NCBI GenBank assembly: GCA_963665925.1
Contig: OY762511.1
Span: 9,327 to 73,326, forward strand
Direction of reading: 5' to 3'
Length of the DNA: 64,000 nt
Source: an uncultured Acidaminobacter sp.
Lineage (GTDB): Bacteria; Bacillota; Clostridia; Peptostreptococcales; Acidaminobacteraceae
Part shown: positions 8,816-19,179 of the stretch, one piece after another
How the letters are laid out: every line of letters starts with the position of its first letter
Position numbering within the stretch: the stretch's first letter is position 1
The notes under the pieces: generated by a model
Databases searched by the model: none
What the model was told of the DNA's origin: nothing
What the model saw: only the letters and a program-made list of their open reading frames with translations
Position numbers and translations under genes: made by a program

Positions 8816-11041
8816 ATGAAAGCTTGGAGAGAATTTAAGAAGGGCGTTTGGACGAACACCATCAATGTCCGTGATTTCATACAAAAGAACTACACACCTT
8901 ATGAAGGCGACGCAGCCTTCCTAGCACCAGCTACTGACCGTACTACAAAGCTTTGGTCGATTGTTGCTGAACTTATGAAAGAAGAAAACAAAAAAGGCAT
9001 TCTTGATGCTGATACAAAAATTATTTCCGGTGTAGCATCACACGGTGCTGGTTACATCGATGCGTCTCTTGAAAAGATTGTGGGTCTTCAAACTGATAAG
9101 CCGCTGAAGCGCGCGCTTATGCCTTTTGGCGGTATCCGTGTTGCCAATGGTGCATTAGAGTCTTATGGCTATAAAATGGATCCAAATACAAAGTCTATGT
9201 TTGACCTGAAATACAGAAAAACACACAATGATGGCGTATTTGATGCTTATACTGACGACATGCGCGCTGCCCGTTCGACAGGAATTATCACAGGTCTTCC
9301 TGATGCCTACGGTCGTGGTCGTATTATTGGTGACTACCGCCGCGTTGCCCTATACGGCGTAGATAAGCTTATTGAAGAAAAACGCAGTGAGAAAAAGCTC
9401 CTGACCCTGGATGTGATGGAAAGCAAGCTCATTCGCCAGCGTGAAGAGATTACAGAGCAAATTTATGCCCTTCAAGAGCTGAAGGAAATGGCAAAAGCAT
9501 ACGGATTTGATATTTCTGTTCCTGCGACAAATGCACAGGAAGCCATTCAGTGGACATACTTCGGTTACCTGGGCGCCATTAAAGAGCAAAATGGTGCAGC
9601 AATGTCTCTCGGTCGTGTTTCTACATTCCTTGACATTTATATCGAGCGTGACCTTGAAGAAGGTATACTTACAGAAGCCAGCGCTCAAGAACTTGTTGAC
9701 GATTTTGTCATCAAGCTGCGTATGGTACGTTTCCTAAGAACACCATCTTATGACGAGCTATTCTCTGGCGACCCAACTTGGGTAACTGAATCAATCGGCG
9801 GCATGGGTCTTGATGGCCGTACACTGGTTACAAAAAACAGCTTTAGAATGCTGCACACACTTACAAATCTAGGGCCTGCTCCAGAGCCGAACCTTACAGT
9901 CCTTTGGTCTCCACGACTGCCTAAGGGCTTCAAAGATTACTCAAGTAAGGTATCGATTGAAACAAGCTCGATTCAATACGAAAATGACGACCTGATGCTG
10001 GCTGATTATGGGGATGATTACGGTATTGCATGCTGCGTATCAGCAATGCGTATTGGTAAGCAAATGCAGTTCTTCGGCGCACGTGCCAACCTGGCGAAAG
10101 CACTGCTTTACGCAATAAATGGTGGTCGTGATGAAAAGACTGGCGCTCAGATTGCACCACTATTTGCACCTGTTACCGCTGATGTTCTTGATTACAATGA
10201 TGTCCTTGCACGTTTTGACCAGATCATGGACTGGCTGGCACAGCTTTATATCAATACACTCAACATCATCCACTACATGCATGATAAATATGCTTACGAA
10301 AGACTGCAAATGGCACTGCACGACAAAGAAGTCCTTAGAACATCTGCTTGCGGTATTGCCGGCCTTTCAGTTGTTGCAGACTCACTTGCTGCAATCAAGT
10401 ACGCAAAGGTCACACCTGTTCGCAACGAAGACAATCTGATTGTTGACTATGTCATAGAAGGCGAATACCCGCAGTTCGGCAATGACGATGACCGTGTTGA
10501 TGCACTTGCAAACGAAATCGTAGAGCGCTTTATGAGCAAACTGAGAAAACATAAGACATACAGAAGCTCTGTACCGACACTCTCTATCTTGACAATTACA
10601 TCGAATGTCGTGTACGGTAAGAAAACAGGCAATACACCTGACGGTCGTAAAGCCGGCGAACCGTTCGCACCTGGTGCTAACCCAATGCATGGCCGTGACA
10701 AGAACGGGGCCTTGGCATCTATGGCCTCTGTTGCAAAGCTGCCATATGAACACGCTGAAGACGGGATTTCATATACATTCTCTATCGTCCCTGCAGCACT
10801 TGGAAAAGATATGGGTACACGTGTCAACAACCTGACAGGCCTGCTTGACGGTTACTTTGAAAGTGATGGTCACCATATCAATGTCAACGTATTTGACAGA
10901 GAAACCCTGGAAGATGCCATGGAGCATCCTGAGCTTTATCCACAGCTGACCATTCGTGTTTCCGGATACGCTGTAAACTTCATCAAGCTGACGCGTGAGC
11001 AGCAGCTGGATGTTATCAATAGAACATTCCATACGAGATAA
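8816..11041 (+). CDS. pflB: pyruvate formate-lyase
   Basis: 741 aa; IACCVS active-site Cys pair and C-terminal RVSGYAV glycyl-radical motif. Confidence 0.98.
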   Translation: MKAWREFKKGVWTNTINVRDFIQKNYTPYEGDAAFLAPATDRTTKLWSIVAELMKEENKKGILDADTKIISGVASHGAGYIDASLEKIVGLQTDKPLKRALMPFGGIRVANGALESYGYKMDPNTKSMFDLKYRKTHNDGVFDAYTDDMRAARSTGIITGLPDAYGRGRIIGDYRRVALYGVDKLIEEKRSEKKLLTLDVMESKLIRQREEITEQIYALQELKEMAKAYGFDISVPATNAQEAIQWTYFGYLGAIKEQNGAAMSLGRVSTFLDIYIERDLEEGILTEASAQELVDDFVIKLRMVRFLRTPSYDELFSGDPTWVTESIGGMGLDGRTLVTKNSFRMLHTLTNLGPAPEPNLTVLWSPRLPKGFKDYSSKVSIETSSIQYENDDLMLADYGDDYGIACCVSAMRIGKQMQFFGARANLAKALLYAINGGRDEKTGAQIAPLFAPVTADVLDYNDVLARFDQIMDWLAQLYINTLNIIHYMHDKYAYERLQMALHDKEVLRTSACGIAGLSVVADSLAAIKYAKVTPVRNEDNLIVDYVIEGEYPQFGNDDDRVDALANEIVERFMSKLRKHKTYRSSVPTLSILTITSNVVYGKKTGNTPDGRKAGEPFAPGANPMHGRDKNGALASMASVAKLPYEHAEDGISYTFSIVPAALGKDMGTRVNNLTGLLDGYFESDGHHINVNVFDRETLEDAMEHPELYPQLTIRVSGYAVNFIKLTREQQLDVINRTFHTR

Positions 11042-11071
11042 TCCTTACTGTAATTGAAAGGTGTGATGTGC

Positions 11072-11779
11072 ATGAAAGGATTTATACACTCTTTCGAGAC
11101 CTGCGGTGCTGTTGATGGTCCTGGCATACGCTGTGTGGTCTTCACACAGGGCTGCCCGCTGCGATGCAGATTCTGTCACAACCCGGACACTTGGGACCCA
11201 AAGTCCGGCATAGAAACGGACAGTGAAGCTCTCATTGAAAAAATAGCACGATATGAGCCCTTTATGCGCAGTACTGGCGGTGGTTTGACCGTATCTGGCG
11301 GTGAGCCCTTAATGCAGCCGGATTTCGTAGCAGACCTATTCAAAGCAGCCAGGAAGCGAAATATCCATACCGCGCTTGATACATCTGGCGCGGCATCACC
11401 TGAAGCCCTGCGCAAGGTGCTGGAGTATACCGACCTGGTCCTGCTGGATGTCAAATCTACTGATCTTGAAACCTATAAAGACATCACAGGCGTACAAAAG
11501 GATTTCTTCACCCAGGCCCTTTCCATTTCCAGTGAAATGGGGGTTGATGTCTGGCTCAGATTCGTCATTGTGCCCGGCTATACTGACAAACTTGAAGAGA
11601 TAGAAAAAATCAATGCACTGAAAAACCAGCATCCCTGCATCAAAAAAGTCGAACTTCTTCCCTTCCATAAGATGGGTGAGTTCAAATGGCAGGAGCTTGG
11701 CATTCCCTATACGCTTGAGGATACCAAAGAACCCGACCAGGCACTTATGGACAAGCTGAACAATGCCCTTAATGAATAA
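11072..11779 (+). CDS. pflA: PFL activating enzyme (radical SAM)
   Basis: GCPLRCRFCHNPDTW, SGGEPL; follows pflB. Confidence 0.96.
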   Translation: MKGFIHSFETCGAVDGPGIRCVVFTQGCPLRCRFCHNPDTWDPKSGIETDSEALIEKIARYEPFMRSTGGGLTVSGGEPLMQPDFVADLFKAARKRNIHTALDTSGAASPEALRKVLEYTDLVLLDVKSTDLETYKDITGVQKDFFTQALSISSEMGVDVWLRFVIVPGYTDKLEEIEKINALKNQHPCIKKVELLPFHKMGEFKWQELGIPYTLEDTKEPDQALMDKLNNALNE

Positions 11780-11794
11780 GCACATTCATTCAAC

Positions 11795-11835
11795 AAAAGA
11801 GACCCTAGCACGCTTGACGCGCTAAGGTCTCTTTT
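11795..11835. terminator. bidirectional terminator
   Basis: AAAAGAGACC...GGTCTCTTTT between convergent genes. Confidence 0.8.
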
Positions 11836-11889
11836 CTGTTTTATTCTATTTTCAACGTCCTGAAAACTGCATGACAAACGCACCGCGCA

Positions 11890-13350
11890 TCAAGATCTTT
11901 TCTGAGACATTTTATCCTCGTACATGAAGTGGTCTGCCTTTTCTATGAAGGCATTGATGTCCATGACGCCATCATACTCCAAAAATCCTTTACTGATACT
12001 CACATGATAGGGTTTGTTCTTCTCCATTTGAGACAGGGCATACTCAATCCCTGCAACCCCATTCTTGGCCTGGTCCACATTCTTTCCATTGAAGACCATG
12101 AGGAACTCATCGCCACCAATTCGGCAGGCAATGTCCTCCTTTCCCATATTTTCTCGTATGGCACGGGCTATGCTGATAATCATATCATCCCCGGCACTGT
12201 GTCCATGCGTATCATTAACGATTTTCAAATTGTTGATATCGATATAGCAGATGGTCAGTCTGTCCTCTTCCTTATTGAAGGTCTTAAGGAGGGCTTCCAG
12301 CTTCTCAAATCCGATTCTTCTGTTGTAGACGCCTGTCATCATGTCAAGAGAAGCATAGACGGAAAGCTGCTTGTTCATGCGTTCAATCTGATCCAGCATG
12401 GAGTTCACATCCGTAGCCAGCATGGATATTTCATCCCCACCTGAAGTCTCAAGGCGCTGGGACAGGTCGCCACTGGTTGTGATTTGATTGATCTCCTGAC
12501 CCACCAGACTGATACGTGTCACAAAATAACGCACAATAATGTAAAGAACCATTGAAATGATGATGAAGACTAAAAATGATGCGACAAGCACCTGATGCAT
12601 GGTATCTTCTCCAAGCGCAATGATTGACAGCGGATGGGTAAATTGCAGGGCAATCCCCAGTGGAGAATTGACATAGCCATACCTGAAGAGGGCTGTCTTG
12701 TAATTTCCATGCTCATATACCGCAATCCTGTTCTCAGGACCATCATATGCCTCATGGGAGGAAACCAGCCTAAAATCCAATTCAAGCTTATCTTCAATGT
12801 TCCGTATGTCATCGATGCCCAAATAATAGGCAAAGACCATGAGCCCTTTTCTGAGTGCCATCTCGTCTGTGGATGTCACTTGGCGCGTGGAAAAAACAAG
12901 GGGTTTTCCGTCATGCACCATAATCCCGCTCTGATTCTTATGATTGATCAGTTCATCACTAATTTCTGGAATGTCGACTTCTCCAACAAGCCCACCTGTA
13001 AGCTTGAAAAAGTCAAGCAGCTCATCTTCCGCGTCGTAAATCAAAATGTAATCAAGTCCCTGATCCATCATGACCCCACTGCTGATATTGGACTTGATAT
13101 AGGCTTCGTTGGGCGCGTGAATATAACGATAAGTGTCATCCCACTCAACCCAGTCAGACAAAATAAGCTCTGATTTGCCAATCAGATCATTCATTGCCGA
13201 ATCAAGACGTTCAATATTTGTCTCAAAGCTCTCGTCTTCAAGTATATGATATCCACGCATGGCAAGACCGTTGAATATGCCACTCATGGAAGCAAGCCAA
13301 ACAACCACGTATGCAATAAGAAACAGCAAAAGCTGCGTTCGTAATTTCAT
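11890..13350 (-). CDS. membrane diguanylate cyclase (CHASE4-HAMP-GGDEF)
   Basis: Two TM helices, DWVEWDDTY (CHASE4-like), HAMP GDEISMLA, intact RIGGDEF. Confidence 0.9.
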   Translation of the reverse strand: MKLRTQLLLFLIAYVVVWLASMSGIFNGLAMRGYHILEDESFETNIERLDSAMNDLIGKSELILSDWVEWDDTYRYIHAPNEAYIKSNISSGVMMDQGLDYILIYDAEDELLDFFKLTGGLVGEVDIPEISDELINHKNQSGIMVHDGKPLVFSTRQVTSTDEMALRKGLMVFAYYLGIDDIRNIEDKLELDFRLVSSHEAYDGPENRIAVYEHGNYKTALFRYGYVNSPLGIALQFTHPLSIIALGEDTMHQVLVASFLVFIIISMVLYIIVRYFVTRISLVGQEINQITTSGDLSQRLETSGGDEISMLATDVNSMLDQIERMNKQLSVYASLDMMTGVYNRRIGFEKLEALLKTFNKEEDRLTICYIDINNLKIVNDTHGHSAGDDMIISIARAIRENMGKEDIACRIGGDEFLMVFNGKNVDQAKNGVAGIEYALSQMEKNKPYHVSISKGFLEYDGVMDINAFIEKADHFMYEDKMSQKRS

Positions 13351-13443
13351 AAGTCAATCCCCTTCATATCACCTACTTAGATTATATCCAAATTACATGC
13401 GCTTATCCATATAAAGTGGGGATTTGCTAGACATTGGTGGACG

Positions 13444-13584
13444 CATGTCGTTGGCTTGTATCATAATTCCTATTTTTCTTTTGGACACAGAGCAACCTGC
13501 GGTTGCTCATGTCGCTGGCTTGTATGATACTTTCCTATTTTTCTTTTGAAACACAGAGCAACCTGCGGCTGCTCATGTCGCTGG
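13444..13584. repeat. tandem repeat, about 2.2 copies of a 64-66 bp unit with an internal palindrome
   Basis: CATGTCG(T/C)TGG recurs at 13444, 13508 and 13574; units contain GAGCAACC-TGC-GG(T/C)TGCTC. Confidence 0.9.
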
Positions 13585-13595
13585 GCGCGCCATAT

Positions 13596-13660
13596 AGTTC
13601 AATATATAAGAAGCCAGCTATTCATGTCTACATGATAGCTGGCTTCTTATATATTGAACT
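13596..13660. terminator. long inverted repeat, probable hpt terminator
   Basis: Perfect 25-bp arms AGTTCAATATATAAGAAGCCAGCTA / TAGCTGGCTTCTTATATATTGAACT plus an inner TCATG/CATGA stem. Confidence 0.75.
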
Positions 13661-13743
13661 GCATTTCTTTGCCCTTTACGCAAAAAAAGCACAACCGCCG
13701 TGCTCTCGCACACAGTTATGCTTTCTACTGCTTCATACAATTT

Positions 13744-14280
13744 CTACTTGTCGACGAATGCGAATACATGGTCGATATTGCGCATGTAGTCACCGTAATT
13801 CAGGCCGTAGCCTACAATGAACATGTCCGGAATTGTAAATCCAACGTAATCCGGCTCGTAGGCAACCTGACGGCGCGATGGCTTGTCAAGAAGCACACAA
13901 CACTTGATGCTTGCTGGATTCTTTGCGGAAAGATGCTTGATTACACCTGTCATTGTGATCGCTGAGTCTGTAATGTCATCAACAACCAGCACGTCATACT
14001 CATGCAGGTTCTCGACATTCAGGTCCTGTGTCACCTTCAAGCTGCCAGATGACTCTTCACCATGACCGTACGACGATGTTGTCATGAACTCGATACGTGT
14101 TGGCAGATCGATTTTTCTGACCAGGTCAGCTGTAAAAATAAAGGACCCCTTCAGCAGAGAAATTACAAGCAGATTCTTGTCTTTATACTCTTCCGTGAGC
14201 TGTGCACCCAATTCTGCTACACGTTTTTCAATATCTTCCTTCGAAACGAGGACTTCACGCTTTTTGTTCTCAATACTCAT
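13744..14280 (-). CDS. hpt: hypoxanthine phosphoribosyltransferase
   Basis: LLKGSFIF, VLVVDDITDSA PRPP motif, FIVGYGL; start at the ATG after GGAGGG. Confidence 0.93.
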   Translation of the reverse strand: MSIENKKREVLVSKEDIEKRVAELGAQLTEEYKDKNLLVISLLKGSFIFTADLVRKIDLPTRIEFMTTSSYGHGEESSGSLKVTQDLNVENLHEYDVLVVDDITDSAITMTGVIKHLSAKNPASIKCCVLLDKPSRRQVAYEPDYVGFTIPDMFIVGYGLNYGDYMRNIDHVFAFVDK

Positions 14281-14569
14281 TCTATTCCCTCCGAATACTT
14301 TGTTATTATTCATTCTACCCAAGGTTGAGGATATGTGTCAACAAAATGCACTTTTACAAAATTCTTAGAATGTTTAGAAAAACACGACATTAGCAATATT
14401 TTTAAAGCCCCATTTATTAATATGAAAAATTATTTATTCATATATAAAATATATTGTTAAATATATTACATATTTTTAATTATAATTACTCTTTTTTATA
14501 ATTGTGAATATATTTTATATATAGTAAAATGATTTTATCAAAATCACAATTATATATGTGGAGGGGAAA

Positions 14570-15772
14570 ATGGAAAAGGTTAAGGAGTCCTTTATGGTGG
14601 ATCCAAAACGTGTCAAAAATCCTATCACCAAGGAAACGTTTGCATTCCTTTTGATAGCTGGACTGTTTTTCGGATACTTGGGATCGGCAATGGGTGTGGA
14701 CAAGATGTTCAATGTCTTCATGTACACCGCACACGACCTGCTGCTCAACACAGTATTCTTCATCATGGCTATTGCAGTGCTTGCAGGTGCATTCTCTGCA
14801 CTTCTTTCTGAATTTGGCGTTGTTGCATTAATCAACAAGATCATATCACCCGTCATGGGCCCAATTTATGACTTGCCCGGTGCTGCTTCACTTGGTGCCA
14901 TTACTACATTTCTGTCCGACAATCCTGCAATCATATCTCTTGCAAAAGACAAGGGGTTCAACAAGTATTTCGAGGATTATCAGACGCCTGCACTTTGCAA
15001 CTTAGGTACCGCTTTCGGTATGGGCCTGATACTTTGCACATTCATGTTCAGTATGGGGACTGGGCTTGAATTCCTACCCGCAGTCGCTGTTGGATTTCTT
15101 GGAGCGGTTGCAGGCAGTATTGTCAGTGTAAAGCTGATGCTTACACAAACCAAGAAGTTCTACAACGTAACAAAAGATGACTTAATAAAAATTCGTGCCA
15201 ACCGCAAGAATTCTAAACTGAACCAGATGCGTGAAGTAAGAGAAGGTTCTGCCCTGGAACGCGCTATGGACGCCATGCTTGAAGGCGGAAAAAGCGGTGT
15301 TACACTTGGACTGGATATTATTCCAGGTGTAATCGTCATTACAACGGTCGTGATGATTCTCACAAAAGGACCTAGCATCGTCGATGGCGTACCTGTATAT
15401 CTTGGTGTCGCTTATGAAGGCGTTGCCCTCATTCCTAAATTTGGACAGCTTGTAGCGCCAATCTTAAAGCTGCTGTTCGGTTTTATGAGTCCGGAAGCTA
15501 TCGCATTTCCATTCACTTCGCTCGGATCGGTTGGAGCGGCCATGGGGCTTGTGGGACCCTTCCTGAATGAAGGACTTATCGGGGCAAACGAAATCGCGGT
15601 TTACACAGCCATGGGCATGTGCTGGAGTGGATACCTGTCAACCCACGTTGGCATGATGGACGCACTCGGTGTGAGACAGCTTGCATCAAAGGCAATCCTT
15701 TCTCATACGATCGGGGGTCTTGTAGCCGGTATTGTAGCACACTACGGCTTTGTACTGGTGCAGTTCCTGTAA
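14570..15772 (+). CDS. uncharacterised multi-TM membrane protein (CD0519/CD1768-like, Gate-type)
   Basis: 400 aa hydrophobic; TFLSDNPAI, CNLGTAFGMG, WSGYLSTH resemble that family as recalled. Confidence 0.65.
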   Translation: MEKVKESFMVDPKRVKNPITKETFAFLLIAGLFFGYLGSAMGVDKMFNVFMYTAHDLLLNTVFFIMAIAVLAGAFSALLSEFGVVALINKIISPVMGPIYDLPGAASLGAITTFLSDNPAIISLAKDKGFNKYFEDYQTPALCNLGTAFGMGLILCTFMFSMGTGLEFLPAVAVGFLGAVAGSIVSVKLMLTQTKKFYNVTKDDLIKIRANRKNSKLNQMREVREGSALERAMDAMLEGGKSGVTLGLDIIPGVIVITTVVMILTKGPSIVDGVPVYLGVAYEGVALIPKFGQLVAPILKLLFGFMSPEAIAFPFTSLGSVGAAMGLVGPFLNEGLIGANEIAVYTAMGMCWSGYLSTHVGMMDALGVRQLASKAILSHTIGGLVAGIVAHYGFVLVQFL

Positions 15773-15796
15773 TTTAGAATCATCTAAAAAATATCA

Positions 15797-15845
15797 AGGG
15801 CGCATTGTCCTGCAACACTTAACATGTTGCAGGACAATGCGCCCT
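15797..15845. terminator. bidirectional terminator, 21-bp stem
   Basis: AGGGCGCATTGTCCTGCAACA-7 nt-TGTTGCAGGACAATGCGCCCT between convergent genes. Confidence 0.85.
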
Positions 15846-15856
15846 CTTTTGATTTA

Positions 15857-16627
15857 TTAGATATTGCGTGCCAGCAGCGCCTCCAGCTTTTCAATGCATA
15901 CTGTGTTCGAGTCACAGATGCACGGATAGGCCACGTGAGGACGCTCAATGACCACGATTTCAAGGCCGAGCTCTCTGGCTGCGGAAATCTTATCTTCAAA
16001 TCCACCGATGGTTGAAGATGCTTTCGTCACAAGATATTTGGCATTGCAGCGCTTTAGCATAGCCAGGTTGAGTTCCTTTGAAAAGGGACCCTGCATTGCA
16101 ATCAGCTGAGCCGGTTTCATGCCAAGCTCTGTACACTGCTGAAGGACTTCAACCGTCGGAAGCACTCTGGCTGTCAGGCGGTCCAGTTCGATAGCCTCTA
16201 CAAAGGGCGCGAGACGCCTGCTTCCAATCGTGAGAAATACATGGCCACTGCGCTCAGCAAGCCATGCGGCCGCTTCAGGGTAACCACTGAAGTATACGAT
16301 GCCATCCACCCCTTCTGTATTCAGGTTTGGACGCTCATATCTCAAGTAGCCAATTCCAGCTTCTGCGGCGGCGGCAATCGCATTTTCCGAAGCTTCCGAT
16401 GCATAGGGATGTGTCGCATCAATCAGAACCAGAATGTCTCTTTCCTTAATGAGCTCAATCATATCCAGTTTTGAGAGATGACCTACGGCATGTTCAATGC
16501 CTGGGTGAACGGGAAGCATCTCACCACCGTACTGAGATACGGCTGTCATGATGAGTTTATAGCCCTTGCTGGCTATGGCGTGCCCCAGTTCCCTGCCATC
16601 CTGTGTGCCGGAAAGCATTAGAATCAT
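15857..16627 (-). CDS. cbiJ: cobalt-precorrin-6A reductase
   Basis: LSGTQDGR, IDATHPYA, AMQGPFS. Confidence 0.95.
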   Translation of the reverse strand: MILMLSGTQDGRELGHAIASKGYKLIMTAVSQYGGEMLPVHPGIEHAVGHLSKLDMIELIKERDILVLIDATHPYASEASENAIAAAAEAGIGYLRYERPNLNTEGVDGIVYFSGYPEAAAWLAERSGHVFLTIGSRRLAPFVEAIELDRLTARVLPTVEVLQQCTELGMKPAQLIAMQGPFSKELNLAMLKRCNAKYLVTKASSTIGGFEDKISAARELGLEIVVIERPHVAYPCICDSNTVCIEKLEALLARNI

Positions 16628-17355
16628 ACAGCATAACCCCTTGGTGTTACCATTTTTCCGTCCTTGATAAAGGATTTTTGATTGCCAATAATAACCATGC
16701 TGAACATGTCAATTTCATGGCTTAGCATTTCTTCAAGTGTCGTCACAACAACAGACTGGTCATCACGCTTGGCATTTCTTACAATGCCAACAGGCGTTGT
16801 AGCTGCCTTTGACTTCATCATGATTTCTCTTGCTTCAATAATCTGAGTCTGTCTGCCTTTGGATCTAGGATTGTAGAGGGCAATGACAAAATCGCCTTCA
16901 GATGCATGGTGCAGTCTCTTCTTGATAAGCTCCCAATCTGTCAGAAGGTCACTCAGGCTGATAACCGCATAGTCATGCATGAGTGGCGCACCAAGACATG
17001 CCGCTGCCGCATTTGCAGCAGTGATTCCCGGAACCACTTCAATTTCAACAGAGTCATCCGCCATTTCAAGCATAATGCCTGCCATACCGTAAACACCTGC
17101 ATCGCCACTGCTTACAAGAGATACCGTCTTGCCTGTCTTCGCTAGGTCAAGTACGTGGGCGCAACGGTCCACTTCCTTACGCATGCCCGATGAAGATACT
17201 TCCTGATTATCAATCAGATCTTCAATCAGATCAATATATGTCTTATAGCCAACAATTACATCACTTGTGCGAATCGCTTCAACCGATGCCGGTGATCTGT
17301 ACTCAGGAAGACCTGGTCCAATTCCTATTACATAAACCTTACCCTTAGTCTGCAT
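16624..17355 (-). CDS. cbiH: cobalt-factor III / precorrin-3B C17-methyltransferase
   Basis: SSGDAGVYGMAG, ISLSDLLTDW, LYNPRS. Confidence 0.95.
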   Translation of the reverse strand: MQTKGKVYVIGIGPGLPEYRSPASVEAIRTSDVIVGYKTYIDLIEDLIDNQEVSSSGMRKEVDRCAHVLDLAKTGKTVSLVSSGDAGVYGMAGIMLEMADDSVEIEVVPGITAANAAAACLGAPLMHDYAVISLSDLLTDWELIKKRLHHASEGDFVIALYNPRSKGRQTQIIEAREIMMKSKAATTPVGIVRNAKRDDQSVVVTTLEEMLSHEIDMFSMVIIGNQKSFIKDGKMVTPRGYAV

Positions 17356-18424
17356 TTTCTTCCTCCCAAATTGCGATGGTTACGCCATTGTTTGCATAGC
17401 GCATCAGGCGCATTTTTCCTTTTCCTGCCGCAAGCATTGCGCAAGGTTCAGCCACAGCGCGTACGCCGATTGTCTTTTCAACAAAATCTGAGCCCTTGAA
17501 ACAGCTCTGCACACGCTTGATCGATTCTAAATCAACAATCCTTACAGGTACATCCAGCTGTTTGCCCAGTGCTATTATTCCCGGTTCTTTTGATTTCAAC
17601 TCTATTGTAGCCAGCTGTCTGACAGCCCTTGTATCTACACTGGCTTCAGTACACGCTTCTTTAAACACAGACGCGATTACTTCATAGGGAACTTCTTTTC
17701 TGCACCCGATCCCGACAGTCAGTGATTTTGGAATCAATTGAACCGCATGATCAGGCAAGTGCAGACAGTCCGCAGAAATAAACACGGCTCCCGTTTCATT
17801 GTCGGGATTGTCATGTATAAAATCCTGGACCTGTGTCTCCATAGATGTATTGACCGCCACCCGCTTCACGTTGCCAGGCAGGGCTGTATTTTTCATATCT
17901 GTTTTTTGGGGATCGTAGTAAACATGAATCTGTCCACCACTCACTCCCACTGCAGTGACATTTTTAGCAGCCTCCATACTGGAAATACTGCACCTAATCG
18001 ACTGTGCGAGCATGTCCACCGCGAGGCTTCCCCGAACATCAGAAGCCGTTGTGATGACAGCAGTCGCCCCCACTGCATCTGCAACCCTATGCGCAAGCGC
18101 ATTTCCGCCGCCCAGATGTCCTGAAAGCAGTGATATTGCATGCTGGCCGCCTTCATCCATGACAACAATAGCCGGATCCGATGTCTTGGCTTGTATGTAT
18201 GGCGCCAGACTTCTGACAACAATCCCGGTCGCCATAATGAACACAATGCCTTCATAGGTGCTAAAAAGCTGACCGACAAAGTTTCCAAACGGTTTTTCTA
18301 CAATTTTATCCTGATTGTCAAGTTGAAAATCCGGCTTGCAGTAAAGTGTTCCGCCATATGCGTCGCGTAGCTGTCTACCCAGCGCACAGGCACCCTTTGT
18401 CAATGTCACGATTGCAATTTTCAT
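17345..18424 (-). CDS. cbiG: cobalt-precorrin-5A hydrolase
   Basis: SLLSGHLGGGN, VITTASD, GIGCRK, VAEPCA. Confidence 0.95.
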   Translation of the reverse strand: MKIAIVTLTKGACALGRQLRDAYGGTLYCKPDFQLDNQDKIVEKPFGNFVGQLFSTYEGIVFIMATGIVVRSLAPYIQAKTSDPAIVVMDEGGQHAISLLSGHLGGGNALAHRVADAVGATAVITTASDVRGSLAVDMLAQSIRCSISSMEAAKNVTAVGVSGGQIHVYYDPQKTDMKNTALPGNVKRVAVNTSMETQVQDFIHDNPDNETGAVFISADCLHLPDHAVQLIPKSLTVGIGCRKEVPYEVIASVFKEACTEASVDTRAVRQLATIELKSKEPGIIALGKQLDVPVRIVDLESIKRVQSCFKGSDFVEKTIGVRAVAEPCAMLAAGKGKMRLMRYANNGVTIAIWEEENAD

Positions 18425-19179
18425 GATTTTGCAGTCCTGTACTCGTGTGTGAATCCAGGGTCGTATAGTTTTGAAAGCTCATAGTCCGTATCCAGAAAAT
18501 CTCCAACCAGAATCTGAGCTGTTTTTGTAATACCTTCCTGCTTGACCTTTTCTGCGATTGTTTCCAGTGTTCCAGTCACAATCTTCTGGTCTGGCCAAGT
18601 TGCACGCTGAACAACGGCAATCGGTGTCGTAGGCGCATAGTGCTGAGTCAATCGCTCAACCACATTGTCAATCATTTGCACTGACAGGAAAATGGCCATT
18701 GAAGCCTGATGTGACGCAAGCTTTTCAAGCGCTTCACCTTCGGGTACAGGTGTGCGGCCCTCAAGACGGGTACAGATTACTGTCTGCGATACACTTGGCA
18801 ATGTGAACTCTTTCTTGAGCGCAGCAGCCGAAGCGACAAATGAGCTTACCCCAGGTGTGATATCCACATCAATACCATGAGATGCTAGACGGTCAATCTG
18901 CTCCTTGATAGCGCCATAAATACTTGGGTCACCCGTATGAAGACGAACAACAGTCTTGTCTTCCTTCAGGCCTTCAAGCATAACGTCAATAACTTCATCC
19001 AGTGTCATTGATGCAGAGTTGTGGATTTCTGCATCTGATTTTCTCCACTTCATAACTTCAGGATTTACCAGTGAGCCTGCGTAAATAAGCACATCGGCTT
19101 CTTCAACAAGGCGTCTTCCCTTTAGTGTCATTAGATCTGGATCTCCAGGACCCGCTCCGATAATATATACCTTTTTCAT
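18421..19179 (-). CDS. cbiF: cobalt-precorrin-4 C11-methyltransferase
   Basis: GAGPGDPDLMT, RLHTGDPSIYGA. Confidence 0.95.
   Translation of the reverse strand: MKKVYIIGAGPGDPDLMTLKGRRLVEEADVLIYAGSLVNPEVMKWRKSDAEIHNSASMTLDEVIDVMLEGLKEDKTVVRLHTGDPSIYGAIKEQIDRLASHGIDVDITPGVSSFVASAAALKKEFTLPSVSQTVICTRLEGRTPVPEGEALEKLASHQASMAIFLSVQMIDNVVERLTQHYAPTTPIAVVQRATWPDQKIVTGTLETIAEKVKQEGITKTAQILVGDFLDTDYELSKLYDPGFTHEYRTAKS

Noticed and set aside
13444-13584. CRISPR array
   Set aside because: The would-be spacers are near-identical to each other, there are only about two units, and no cas genes are present; it is a tandem duplication.
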